A DNA stretch of 29,172 bases from a virus (IMGVR_UViG_3300021399_000107:1-29172), one strand, 5' to 3'. Positions 1-9,797 are shown, numbered from the stretch's first letter. The notes: generated by a model not told the origin, from the sequence alone. A program made the numbers and translations.

Positions 1-20
1 TAAAAAAAAAGGGGGGGGGG

Positions 21-196
21 GGGGTTCAGCGAAAAAACTACGCTGGTTTTCAAAATCAGCCAAAAATTGGTTTAAAAAAAATAATACCTATTCGCCGCGC
101 GGGAGGGGTTCAGCGAAAAAAATACGCTGGTTTTTGTTTTGAAGCTCAGGGGTTCAGCGAAAAAAATACTACCGTCCCAGGGGTTCAGCGAAAAAA
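21..196 (+). repeat. Four direct repeats of GGGGTTCAGCGAAAAAA (iteron-like), followed by an AT-rich tract
   Basis: Copies start at 21, 105, 149 and 180; AT-rich segment about 200-340; directly upstream of the helicase-like ORF. Confidence 0.85.
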
Positions 197-349
197 TTGA
201 TGCGAAAATTTTTTGTACATATTTTTTTCTCAATAGATTTTTTTTCGTTCTACGCTAAAAATATACTAAAACATTACAATTATTTCTACTTTTATTTTGC
301 AAGCAGAAAAAATTTTTCTGCTTAGTTTTAATTTAAAGGAGCAAACTAT

Positions 350-1783
350 ATGCTAACAATTTCAGATCTTGACGAAAAACAACTTATAACTTTGCAAAAA
401 GGCCGCTATAATATTATAGGATGCGGTATTCGCACAGGTAAAACTTTTTGGGCTACACATAGCCTATTAAAGTATACTCGTGATAATCAGAATAGCCGCA
501 TCCTTTATCTAACCAATACAACTGCTTTGCGCGACCAGATTTGCGCGCAATATGCAGACCGCACCATTGTGGGTGATGATCTATGGAAAGAGTCGGTTGA
601 TGCTTGGGGTGAACATGCCAACAAAATTGGTGTCATGTGCTACCAAACATTGTCCGCCTGTATTATGAAGAAGCGTATGAACTGGTTGGATAATATTGAT
701 GTAATCGTTTGGGACGAGTGCGACGATATTTTTTCATTTGCCGCGCAAGAGTTTGCCAAGGCGCGCAAGCGTATGTCACGTGCAGACGCTTCTGTCGTCC
801 TTCATATCGTACAAAATTATAGTACAGATGCCGATTACACTTCTTTAATTTTGCTCAGCAATTGGAATCGTTTTGTAGCGGAAGGCCGTATCCTTTGCGT
901 TGGACTTTCAGCCACGCCTGAAAAAGCCTTCCAATACTATACGGATATAGTAGCTCAGAGCATTAAGGGTTCCTATCAAACTGGGTTTCGCGCCCGCGGA
1001 GACATCTTTTTCTATGATATTATGGCGCTTATATCTACCTTTACGCCGGAGCCTACAAAAGGCTACTGGTGCTATTCACCTTGGATAGAAAACAATAAGG
1101 CGATTGTTGAAGCTGCCAAGCAACGTGGCTTCCACGCTATTGAGCTTCATTCGCGCAACAATGAAGATAAGCCTTTGGATGCCGAGCAGCGTCGTGTGTT
1201 TGACTGCATAGTGAATACGGGGATGGTTCCGCCTGAATACGACTTCGTAGTCTTCAATAACGCCGCTTTGCGTGGCCTGAACCTCCTCGACACACGCTTC
1301 GACACGGAAATCATTGACTCTCTATTGCGTGAAAGCCGTGAACAGGCGGGCCGCCAATGCTTTCCCTACCAACGTTACCTTAAGGTCTACATTCCTAAGG
1401 TTCCCGAACAATATTACAATCGTTTCCTAACCTTACAGGAGTGCAGGGAGTTGGCAGAAAAGATGCAGGTACGCGAAACAGTAGATACCGATAGGAGCCA
1501 TTCAGGTCATATCGTGACGTGGAATCGCCTCAAGACTCTTTTGCCGCAAGCTGGGTATGAAATTGAAAATAAACCGCAGTATGTGCATGGCGTTCGTAAG
1601 GTCATGTACCGGATTACCGGTAATTGGCAATATGCTGAAGCCGCTGATGAACCATTTATGAAACTGGTGGAAGCCAAGGGAGGGGACTCCGCTTCCGTTC
1701 CTCCTACTGGCAATTGCGATGTCAGCTACGATAGCAACGTCACTATTCCGCCTGAGCACCAGCACATCATGTGGACTCGCTAA
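350..1783 (+). CDS. Superfamily 2 (DExD/H-like) helicase/ATPase
   Basis: Walker A GIRTGKT, Walker B IVWDECD, motif III LSATP, motif V-like RGLN, motif VI-like QAGR; RBS AAAGGAG. Confidence 0.8.
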   Translation: MLTISDLDEKQLITLQKGRYNIIGCGIRTGKTFWATHSLLKYTRDNQNSRILYLTNTTALRDQICAQYADRTIVGDDLWKESVDAWGEHANKIGVMCYQTLSACIMKKRMNWLDNIDVIVWDECDDIFSFAAQEFAKARKRMSRADASVVLHIVQNYSTDADYTSLILLSNWNRFVAEGRILCVGLSATPEKAFQYYTDIVAQSIKGSYQTGFRARGDIFFYDIMALISTFTPEPTKGYWCYSPWIENNKAIVEAAKQRGFHAIELHSRNNEDKPLDAEQRRVFDCIVNTGMVPPEYDFVVFNNAALRGLNLLDTRFDTEIIDSLLRESREQAGRQCFPYQRYLKVYIPKVPEQYYNRFLTLQECRELAEKMQVRETVDTDRSHSGHIVTWNRLKTLLPQAGYEIENKPQYVHGVRKVMYRITGNWQYAEAADEPFMKLVEAKGGDSASVPPTGNCDVSYDSNVTIPPEHQHIMWTR

Positions 1784-1896
1784 GTTGCAGCTTCCAGCTT
1801 GCCTTAGGCAGGGGTGGGTTCCAGCTTTTCAGCTTATAGTGGCGGTGGTATGTTAAAATTGGGTTGCGTTTTGTTTTCCTCCCTTTTGTTAAGTTT

Positions 1897-1925
1897 ATTA
1901 TACTATAAATTTAATCGAAAGTCAA
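1897..1925 (-). promoter_or_regulatory. Consensus sigma-A promoter with RBS but no downstream start codon
   Basis: TTGACT-17-TATAAT on minus strand, GGGAGG at 1883-1878, no ATG after it. Confidence 0.65.
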
Positions 1926-2088
1926 ATGGTTGCGGATAGTTATTTAGACATAACTAACTGGGAGGGGAGGTTATGTTAAGGGGAGGTTAAAAGTGGGGCC
2001 GGCTCTGCTTTTTACCAATTCTTAACTTGCTTTTTCGTGCTGATGGTGCTATAATACTATCAGAACGAAGAAAGGAAGGTACTCAAGA

Positions 2089-2589
2089 ATGAAGAATGAT
2101 TACGTAACGAGGGCGCGCCAGTTTGTGAAGGAAATTGCTCCGATGATGGACAACCGCCGGGATTTCTATTCTGTATCTCGGGCTGTCCATGAGTATGAAA
2201 CCAAGCACATCTATCGTAGAGTGACCTTCTGTCATGGTGCTGTTCGTTGCGCTATTATTACTTCCGATTATGTTATCAAGTGGGACTATGATACGGAGAG
2301 TGCGAAGGAATATGGCGGGTGTGTGGCTGAAAGTCGTCTTTGGAAGAAGTTGAAAGATAGCGAATATGCCGACCTGTTCGCGCCGATTACGTGCATCAGA
2401 GAAAGCGGTCATTATTGGTACGTTATGCCGCGTATCAATGGTGAGACGCCCGAGCACCGCATTTCCTATTATGTAAATAATGCCGCGAACGAATTTCTTG
2501 GGAGCAATCATATTTGCGACCTTCACTGTCAGAATTGGAGATTGGTGCGCGGAAAGCCTGTGATTTTTGATTATGCCTGCTCGTGGTGA
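2089..2589 (+). CDS. Minimal protein-kinase-like fold protein (paralog 1)
   Basis: GAVR loop, VIK lysine, alphaC-like Glu, DLHCQN catalytic loop, IFDY (DFG-like); own promoter and RBS. Confidence 0.75.
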   Translation: MKNDYVTRARQFVKEIAPMMDNRRDFYSVSRAVHEYETKHIYRRVTFCHGAVRCAIITSDYVIKWDYDTESAKEYGGCVAESRLWKKLKDSEYADLFAPITCIRESGHYWYVMPRINGETPEHRISYYVNNAANEFLGSNHICDLHCQNWRLVRGKPVIFDYACSW

Positions 2590-2763
2590 GCAGGTTTTTC
2601 TTTTTGTAGAGAACTATTTTTCATGGCTGTTTTGGCCTGTTTTGGAGGCGTTAAAGCGTATTAAAAAATCGTCTCCGCAATGACAACACGCGGAAAAATT
2701 TTTTCTTTGTTAATTTTGGCGCCGGCTTGTAATTTAACATAAAAATTACGAAAAAAAGACCGC

Positions 2764-3189
2764 TTACGCGGTCTTGATAGAATAGGTCAGGGGATTCTTA
2801 CCGTTGTCGTGCCTGACAAGCTCATCGCGCATATCGTGCGACAGAATGTAGGAGACTTCGTTGCGGTTCATCGCGCAAACATTGGCAACCTTATCGGTAA
2901 TCTCCTGCGCGGTCAGAGGAATGTTGGAGCTGGACAGGGCCGCGAGAATGGCGGGGCGGCGCTCGGCCATGACAACGGCACGCTTCTCGGCGCGCTTTTC
3001 ACGCTCGCGTTCGGTCTTAGCCGGGCTCTTGGTGTGCGCCTGAACAGCATCGTACAGAACCTTGAGAACACTGGTACGGTCAACCTCATGTTCCAGACCG
3101 CTCACCTTGAAGGTGGCATCAGCAGGCATGGCGGAAATCTGAGCGATAGCAACACGGATAGCATCGGCCTGAGTGAGAATGTTCTTCAT
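2764..3189 (-). CDS. Coiled-coil plus winged-helix-like protein (paralog family A)
   Basis: Start reassigned to MKNILT behind promoter/RBS; C-terminal PLTAQEI...VSYIL...GKNPLTY shared with 10825 and 12671 ORFs. Confidence 0.75.
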   Translation of the reverse strand: MKNILTQADAIRVAIAQISAMPADATFKVSGLEHEVDRTSVLKVLYDAVQAHTKSPAKTEREREKRAEKRAVVMAERRPAILAALSSSNIPLTAQEITDKVANVCAMNRNEVSYILSHDMRDELVRHDNGKNPLTYSIKTA

Positions 3190-3374
3190 AATGTGGTGTC
3201 CTTTCTGGTTTGGTGGGTGTCCTTCCCATTCGCTTTCTCGTTCCTTCCCTCGGAACAATTATATAATACCACATGGGCGCGAAAAAGTCAATAGGGAAGA
3301 TTGTAAAGAGTTGGTTAAGTTGCGGGCCGGCTTTCGATTTAACAAAAGGTTAAAAAAAGAGCGTTTGAGCGCTC

Positions 3375-3629
3375 TTAGTATATATGTAGTGCTCTTAAAA
3401 TATCAATTGGTTTTAGGTCAGTGTGTTTAAGCCAATGAATAATATTGTAAATTTCGTTCATGTTAGTAATACGGTGATTTTGAATAGCGTTAACAATATA
3501 TTTGTCCATAGTGCTTATTCTCTCTGCTTCATGACGTAAATTTAATTCTTGTTGTTTTAATTCGTCAAGTATTTGAACAATAGGTGTATTTTTACTATAA
3601 AGGTCCCCATCTTTAATAATCATATCCAT
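3375..3629 (-). CDS. Hypothetical protein (AT-rich cassette)
   Basis: Promoter, AAAGGAG RBS, terminator at 3355-3376. Confidence 0.75.
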   Translation of the reverse strand: MDMIIKDGDLYSKNTPIVQILDELKQQELNLRHEAERISTMDKYIVNAIQNHRITNMNEIYNIIHWLKHTDLKPIDILRALHIY

Positions 3630-3796
3630 GAGTATTATCTCCTTTCTATTTTCTTAGCTATATTATAGCAAGAAGCAGATAGAAAGTCAAGTTAATCATA
3701 AGTAAAAAGCCGCGCCGGCTCGTGACTTAACATAACATTAACTTGTTTTTTTGTACAATAGGTGATATAATATAAGCAGAAAGGGGATGAATAATA

Positions 3797-4015
3797 GTGT
3801 TGAAAATTGGTCAAAAGGTAAGAATTAAAGGTGATTATGTTGTGATAGGTTATATTGTTGGGATTACCATTGATCCGATTGAAGAATATGAAGTTAATTG
3901 GGAAGCTCAAAATTATGTTACATATACGATACGACGCTATGATTCTTCTTTGTTTAAGAATGGTTTTGTGGATTATCGGCGCACGGGCGATGAAATTGAA
4001 CCTATTACTAATTAA
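3797..4015 (+). CDS. Hypothetical protein, SH3/KOW-like beta-rich
   Basis: GTG start with RBS, promoter 3743-3771, hairpin about 4017-4035; KIGQKVRIKG N-terminus. Confidence 0.75.
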   Translation: MLKIGQKVRIKGDYVVIGYIVGITIDPIEEYEVNWEAQNYVTYTIRRYDSSLFKNGFVDYRRTGDEIEPITN

Positions 4016-4065
4016 ACAACGTCCGTAAGGACGTTTTACATCTATGTTAATTTTAATGCCGGCCT

Positions 4066-4233
4066 TCAAATTAACATAACAGTTACAAAAGTGGCGGCAT
4101 CCTTACATGCCGCCTTACCTTCCTGTCTGGTGCGTTTCTTGTCCTTCTTGCGGTCATGTACAACAGAAGGACGAAAACCGACCCAGGTGTCGCGCTGCGG
4201 GTCTGGCTTTTTCTTTGCTTTCTTTTTACGCAT
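4066..4233 (-). CDS. 55-aa very basic protein whose ORF runs through its terminator (ArfA/BrfA-like candidate)
   Basis: Hand translation MRKKKAKKKPDPQRDTWVGFRPSVVHDRKKDKKRTRQEGKAACKDAATFVTVMLI; GAGGAG RBS overlapping the end of the upstream ORF. Confidence 0.6.
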   Translation of the reverse strand: MRKKKAKKKPDPQRDTWVGFRPSVVHDRKKDKKRTRQEGKAACKDAATFVTVMLI

Positions 4234-4239
4234 AATCAC

Positions 4240-4464
4240 TCACTCCTCATCCAGATTTGCGTATTCAATATTTGCATAATACTGTTCGCCAAGGTCAGTC
4301 TTAAAATAGTACCAATAATTACCGCTATCTACCCAGTGGGTGATGTGGGGGTTTGCCAACAGATGCTCTTCAATTGCGTGCCGCGCTTTCGGTAGAGAAG
4401 AATATACACCATAGACTGAATCAGAACCATCCAGAAAATTCGTAGAAACAACAAATACCATCAT
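4240..4464 (-). CDS. Hypothetical protein
   Basis: Start reassigned to MMVFVV after promoter and AAGGA RBS. Confidence 0.75.
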   Translation of the reverse strand: MMVFVVSTNFLDGSDSVYGVYSSLPKARHAIEEHLLANPHITHWVDSGNYWYYFKTDLGEQYYANIEYANLDEE

Positions 4465-4702
4465 TATTTTGTCCTTCTTTCTCTCATTTCGTACCCTTAT
4501 TATACCACTCGCGCGCCCTCTTGTCAAGAGGTTCTTTCGTCTTTTCTGAGGAAAATTTTTGAAGCTGAAAAAGTAGCCGGGAGATTGGTTATTTTGAGCT
4601 CCCGGAAGCTTGTTCTGAACACTTCTTCGCAAGAAAAATTTTTATTTGTTAATTTCGGGGCCGGCGCTAAATTTAACATAAGTATTGCAAAAAAGAAGAG
4701 GC

Positions 4703-5002
4703 TTACGCCTCTTCATCATCGTGGAAAGGCTTTGCTTCCCACTTCCAGTAGCCGCGCTCCTGCACCTTCGTCAGGAAATCCTCAAGATCACTGCCGCAAG
4801 TGACATCACCCGAATCCATTTCGGTCTCGGAACAACAGTTGCTCAGAGAAATCTCATACAGGTCTTCTTCGGTCAGATTGTATACGTCCAGAACCTTCTC
4901 ATGCGCTTCGGTCATATCGTTAGCGTCAACAAAACCCCAATCCTTAAAATCATCACCGAGAGCTTCGCAGTAGTAGGAAATCATGTAACCATACTTCGTC
5001 AT
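4703..5002 (-). CDS. Hypothetical acidic protein
   Basis: Start MTKYGY after AAGGAG; leader hairpin; stop codon in terminator loop. Confidence 0.8.
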   Translation of the reverse strand: MTKYGYMISYYCEALGDDFKDWGFVDANDMTEAHEKVLDVYNLTEEDLYEISLSNCCSETEMDSGDVTCGSDLEDFLTKVQERGYWKWEAKPFHDDEEA

Positions 5003-5083
5003 AATGAGTTCTCCTTCTGGTTTTAATGGGTTTTCCTTCCCTTTGTTGATTTTATTATAGCATAGAGCGTGCAAAAAGTCAAG

Positions 5084-5239
5084 TTAAGAATTGATGTTGG
5101 TTGGCTCCCATGATGCGTCTACGGCTTCGATGCCGTTGTCCTCACAGTAGTGGCAAACTGCCGCAATAACGTTTCTCCAGAATCCGGTAAAGATGTGCGT
5201 GCGATTGTTGGAAAACAGAACGGTACATTTGACTTCCAT
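5084..5239 (-). CDS. Hypothetical protein (51 aa)
   Basis: Start MEVKC after promoter and purine-rich RBS. Confidence 0.7.
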   Translation of the reverse strand: MEVKCTVLFSNNRTHIFTGFWRNVIAAVCHYCEDNGIEAVDASWEPTNINS

Positions 5240-5402
5240 TAGCTCTTCTTCCTTTCCTCTCGTTTCTGGAAATAGTATAGCATAAATTGGGATGAGAGTC
5301 AAGTTAAAGATAAGTAAATTAGCGGGCCGGCTTGCTATTTAACCATTGTTTAACTTGCTATTGGGTCGCAAGTATGATATAATGAGTTCAGAAAGTGAGG
5401 GA

Positions 5403-5792
5403 ATGATGATGCTGAGAATTTACAAGAAGTATGTGGATGTCTATTTGAACAAGCACCCGGGTGGTATGGTTAAAACTGAGGGCTGGTTTGTTATTGAAGA
5501 TGAAAATAATACACAAGAAGAAATGACTTTTTGGGCGGGGAGGGCGGCGATACGGGATTCTTTAATGTCAGAGAATCCGGAAAATGTTAGTTGGAGAATT
5601 ACTCTTTTCACAAAAAAGTTGCAGTTGTGGTCTATTTTTGAGGATAAGTTTGTTGCGGTTCAGCCGCATGATATTCTATATAAAAAGATTTGGTATCGAC
5701 CTGTTTCTATCTCTATGGAACAGTTGATGAAACTTCCGGCAGAAAAGGTTGCGGCATATCTTCGACAAGAGGGTCTTTCGGTGGGCGCATAA
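5403..5792 (+). CDS. Hypothetical protein
   Basis: Start MMMLRI after GAGGG; promoter from 5355; stop in terminator loop. Confidence 0.8.
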   Translation: MMMLRIYKKYVDVYLNKHPGGMVKTEGWFVIEDENNTQEEMTFWAGRAAIRDSLMSENPENVSWRITLFTKKLQLWSIFEDKFVAVQPHDILYKKIWYRPVSISMEQLMKLPAEKVAAYLRQEGLSVGA

Positions 5793-5889
5793 GCGTCCAT
5801 TTTTTTTGTAAATAAGAGGTTAAATAATGGGCCGGCGATTAATTTAACATTAGTATCAAATAAAACGCGGCTATGAAGCCGCGTTTAGT

Positions 5890-6330
5890 TTAATCAATGG
5901 TGCAAAACGAACCCCAGTTTTCCTTGAGCCGTTCAATATCTTCTTTATAACTATGCCAAAGTTCACCGTCGGAGTCATAACGCCAAAGCTCATGCCCTTC
6001 AAAAAAAGTTGGGATGCTGGTTTGAGTCTGTGTACTAAAAAAAGTGTATAGAATACGCCAATCCGCAGCAGTACATTTTGGGTTAATACGTAAAAACATT
6101 ACGGTACTGTCTATTTTTTCTTTGATAAATTTAACAAATTTTTGGGGTTCTGTTTCCGGGTCATAGCGTGTAGAAATTTTTTCGCCTTTGTAATTATACA
6201 TAGTAACATTATTGTGCCACAGCGGTGCAATAACGTTCTTTTTAAGCACGTTCAGTTCATAGTCCTGACATTGCTTCTGGTTGGTAAATGTCTTCCCGTC
6301 ATCGCTCACATATACAGTCTTCTCAATCAT
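5890..6330 (-). CDS. Hypothetical phage protein
   Basis: 146-aa ORF with YVSDDGKTF...C..YE N-terminus; own promoter and terminator. Confidence 0.8.
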   Translation of the reverse strand: MIEKTVYVSDDGKTFTNQKQCQDYELNVLKKNVIAPLWHNNVTMYNYKGEKISTRYDPETEPQKFVKFIKEKIDSTVMFLRINPKCTAADWRILYTFFSTQTQTSIPTFFEGHELWRYDSDGELWHSYKEDIERLKENWGSFCTID

Positions 6331-6409
6331 CTTCCATAGCCCCTTTCATTTTTCTGTAACTATTATATCATAGTATATTCGGTTTTGTCAATACTTGTTT
6401 GTGTTAAAA

Positions 6410-6610
6410 TTAAGAGATTGGGTAGTCTCCCCAATACTTTTTTACCTGCTCCTCGCTCCATTCTCGAACTTCAAACCATTCATCGAGATCGCAATCATTG
6501 TTGCGCCGGTCGCAATCTTTTTTCGCGTCCTCTTCGTTGTAGAATACATCGTGCACATCCTCGTTGCTAATGCCATGCCAGTTACCGAATACTATTGCGT
6601 AAAACTTCAT
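6410..6610 (-). CDS. Hypothetical protein
   Basis: Start MKFYAI after GAGGAG. Confidence 0.75.
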   Translation of the reverse strand: MKFYAIVFGNWHGISNEDVHDVFYNEEDAKKDCDRRNNDCDLDEWFEVREWSEEQVKKYWGDYPIS

Positions 6611-6745
6611 TTTGATTACTCCTCTCATGTCGTTGTCCTAATTATAGCATAAAGAGGCAAGTAAGTCAATAATTAAAATGTCAAGATTATGTTAAATTCA
6701 AGACCGGCCCGTGATTTAACATAAATATTACAAAAAGAAAAGGGC

Positions 6746-7075
6746 TTATGCCCCTTCCTTTTCCTTCTTAGCTGCGCGGGCGGCCGCGTCTGCGGCGGCC
6801 TTGGCCTGCTTTTCGGCGGCCTTTTCGGCTTTCTTCGCCTGCTTAGCTTCGTAGTCGTTCGTTTCCTTTTTCATGAGTTCGGCGGCGGTCATATCTTCGC
6901 GCTCTTCGGCAACTACGGCGTTAACACGGACGTAACGTTCGGTACCATTGACATCAGTCAGGAGAATACCAAAACTGCGGTCGTTGATACGGGTGAAACC
7001 CTCAAGGTTCAGACGAGAAAAAACTTCGGCACGGAGAGCGGCATCAGTGGTGATTTTGTTCGTCTTAATGGGCAT
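6746..7075 (-). CDS. Hypothetical protein with Lys/Ala-rich coiled-coil tail (paralog family B)
   Basis: LTDVNGTERYVRV similar to ITDPEGNESYATI of the 13172 ORF; leader hairpin; stop in terminator loop. Confidence 0.85.
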   Translation of the reverse strand: MPIKTNKITTDAALRAEVFSRLNLEGFTRINDRSFGILLTDVNGTERYVRVNAVVAEEREDMTAAELMKKETNDYEAKQAKKAEKAAEKQAKAAADAAARAAKKEKEGA

Positions 7076-7222
7076 GGTGTTCGCCTTTCTGGTTTGGGGT
7101 GTTTTCCTTCACCTTTCGAGAATATTATAGCATGAGATTTGAGAAAAGTCAAATTAAGAATGTGTAAAGTTGCAGGCCGGCCCCAAACTTAACATAACTT
7201 TAACCAAAGAATAGGGTGGACG

Positions 7223-8260
7223 TTAGTCCACCCTATTTACGTCAAGTGAAGTAGTTAGCGGCAAGTTAAGATACATTTCAAGTCCATTCAACTTTCGTCT
7301 AAGTGAAGTCACATACCCCATAAGATTATCATTATCCACCAGTTCATCAACTTTCTGCTGATAGTGATTAACCATGCGATTGTAAACCGTGCGCGCTCCT
7401 TCTTCATTCTTCTTTTTGTTATTCAGAATGTAATCAGGTGTTTCACCCAACATTCTAAAAGGAAACGCTTCAATTCCTTCTTCAATCTTATGGTAACGCG
7501 CAATTTTTGACAGGATGAAGGATTCAATGATAGCATCATCCAGAGCCGTGTGCGATTCATTAAAATCATACTGCTGTTGAAGGAATCGGAAAGTGCTTTC
7601 TGCACTTGTCTTAAAGTACATTCCACTATCAGTCAACATATCATGCGCCAAACATTCATTCTTGTATTTCTGCGTGTTTAACAGATATTTAGTAGCAAGT
7701 CCCCAAAGGTCGAACAGAGGATAAGTTTTGCCACGAAAACGGAATACATCAGGTTCAAATTCGCGTTCTTTGCGCGGACAGGCATTTTTGGCGATATTAT
7801 CACAAAGCACTGTCTGATTGTCATACCACTTCTGAAAATCGGGTGAATACAGTTTCTGAATATACAGTTCCGTGAAGGGGATTGCCTTTTTGAAGTCGAA
7901 CATGGAATTGAACGCACCAACGGAAGTACACTTTTCAAGGTCGTTCAGATAAATGTCCATGATGTCGTTCCACGGAAGGACAGAAATTTCGCCGCGCTTG
8001 AGCATATCCAGATAAATGGGGCGCTTTTCCGCATAATAAGCGGTATTGAAAACATCTGGAACAGAAAAGGTTTCCGCAACAAGATACTTCCGCTTTTCCA
8101 CGATAGTTCCATCACGCTGGACAAGCGTCCACCCCAGATCATAAATGAGCGGTCGCGCAATAGCAATACGCTTCTTCATGTCGGGTCGGTCGTTGTAGCG
8201 AGAAGCATAGGGCAAGGTCGCGGTTTCCGTGTCGGTCACACAAAAGAGCTTTTTCTGCAT
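7223..8260 (-). CDS. DEDDh (DnaQ-like) 3'-5' exonuclease
   Basis: ExoI DTET, ExoII FNSMFD, ExoIII HTALDD. Confidence 0.88.
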   Translation of the reverse strand: MQKKLFCVTDTETATLPYASRYNDRPDMKKRIAIARPLIYDLGWTLVQRDGTIVEKRKYLVAETFSVPDVFNTAYYAEKRPIYLDMLKRGEISVLPWNDIMDIYLNDLEKCTSVGAFNSMFDFKKAIPFTELYIQKLYSPDFQKWYDNQTVLCDNIAKNACPRKEREFEPDVFRFRGKTYPLFDLWGLATKYLLNTQKYKNECLAHDMLTDSGMYFKTSAESTFRFLQQQYDFNESHTALDDAIIESFILSKIARYHKIEEGIEAFPFRMLGETPDYILNNKKKNEEGARTVYNRMVNHYQQKVDELVDNDNLMGYVTSLRRKLNGLEMYLNLPLTTSLDVNRVD

Positions 8261-8436
8261 AGGGGTTGAATCTCCTTTCGGTTTACGAGGTTTCCTTCCT
8301 CTCTTGCGTTCTTTCTCAAGAACAGGTATAGTATACCATATGGGAGGCCAGAAGTCAATAGGAATGAATGTTAAAGGTATGTTAAGTTGGTGGCCGGCCT
8401 TATATTTAACATAGATATTACAAAAAGAAAGGAGCC

Positions 8437-8769
8437 TTATGGCTCCTCATATTTTATATCACTTGATTCTTCGAGGTCGCTATCGCTGGGGAGGATGTTT
8501 TGGTCATCAAGCCAATGAAAAAAGGATACCTGCTGGTCAGTGAGCTTTACAAAATATGTATTATCACATGAAGTCATTCGATAAAAATTTCGTTGTGGGG
8601 TACATTCGGCGTGCGTACCGTCCATTGCTATCATCATGATTATTTCTGTTTTACTGTATTTTCGGGAAGGGTCTACATAAATATTACGAGTTTTGCAGAT
8701 TTCAAGAAGTGTATTATAAGGATGGTCAAACAGTGCCACATACTTACTCGTCTCATACTTTTTCATCAT
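8437..8769 (-). CDS. Hypothetical protein
   Basis: Start MMKKYE after leader hairpin and RBS; stop in terminator loop. Confidence 0.75.
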   Translation of the reverse strand: MMKKYETSKYVALFDHPYNTLLEICKTRNIYVDPSRKYSKTEIIMMIAMDGTHAECTPQRNFYRMTSCDNTYFVKLTDQQVSFFHWLDDQNILPSDSDLEESSDIKYEEP

Positions 8770-8957
8770 ATCTTTTCCCTTTCTGGTTTTATGAGGTTGT
8801 TCCTTCCTCGTTTCTGTAAGTATTATAACATAAGGCAGATTGGAAGTCAAATTAAGATTGTGTAAAGTTAGCGGCCGGCGCGCCAATTTACCATTTCTTA
8901 ACTTGACTTGCGTGAAAAATCATGCTATACTATACGTGTTGAAAGGGGATGACATAA

Positions 8958-9494
8958 GTGATTGATATGGAACTGAGTCGGTCTACGTTTGAGAAGTTGT
9001 ATCGTGATGTTTTTTGTCATTATCCTGTTATTGATTGGGATAGGCTGAATCCAATTAAGCGCGCATTGCGGCTGTGGCAGTTGGAACACCATATTAAGGA
9101 TATGTCGATTCATTATGGTATCAGTCGGTTCGTTATTGTGTTTTCCTCTTTTGTGCTGAAAATTCAGATGAATAGCGGCCACGATAACGAAATGGAAGTA
9201 GACTTCTATAAGTTCGCGGAAGATGAAGGCTATGGCTACCTTTTCGCGCCTGTGTATCATTTTGACGCGCATGGTTTTTCTGTCAATGTGATGCCTACTG
9301 TTGAAAATATTAATGATGAAAATGATGATTTGATTAGTAGTGATTTTATTGGAGATGATGAGCGTGATTGGCTTGAATGTCATGTAACCGATTTGCATAG
9401 TGGTAATTATGGTTTTGATGAATATGGTAACGTAGTAATCTTTGATTACGCGATGTGTTCAGAAGAAGGAGATATTTCAAGTGAGAACTATTAA
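8958..9494 (+). CDS. Minimal protein-kinase-like fold protein (paralog 2)
   Basis: GISR loop, VLK, LFAP, VMP, DLHSGN and IFDYA all collinear with the 2089 ORF. Confidence 0.78.
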   Translation: MIDMELSRSTFEKLYRDVFCHYPVIDWDRLNPIKRALRLWQLEHHIKDMSIHYGISRFVIVFSSFVLKIQMNSGHDNEMEVDFYKFAEDEGYGYLFAPVYHFDAHGFSVNVMPTVENINDENDDLISSDFIGDDERDWLECHVTDLHSGNYGFDEYGNVVIFDYAMCSEEGDISSENY

Positions 9495-9717
9495 AGAAGG
9501 TTGGGTTTTCTTTACGCCTGATGGGGTGTGGATTGGAACCCCACATTGTTTTCCGAATTGGGCGCAGGCGCGTGAGGATTTTTTGAAGTTGGCTGAGCGC
9601 AAAGAATGGAAGCATGATTGGATTCCTTTTGAAGAGCCGGACAAGTTCAGAAGCTATAATGCGACAACTGATGAGGGCGTTAGTTTTAAGGTTAATTTTC
9701 AGAAGGTGTCGAAGTGA
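9481..9717 (+). CDS. Hypothetical protein coupled to kinase 2
   Basis: GTG at 9481 with AGGAG RBS inside the kinase 3' end; terminator over the stop. Confidence 0.7.
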   Translation: MRTIKEGWVFFTPDGVWIGTPHCFPNWAQAREDFLKLAERKEWKHDWIPFEEPDKFRSYNATTDEGVSFKVNFQKVSK

Positions 9718-9797
9718 CGCCTTCTTCTTTTTGTAATGAAATTGTTAAGAAGTGGGCCGGCGATTGATTTAACAAAAGGATAAAAGAAAAAGATGGC

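Noticed and set aside
2-24. A9/G14 homopolymer as a phase-variation tract
   Set aside because: It is at the window edge with no context and may be a sequencing or assembly artefact.
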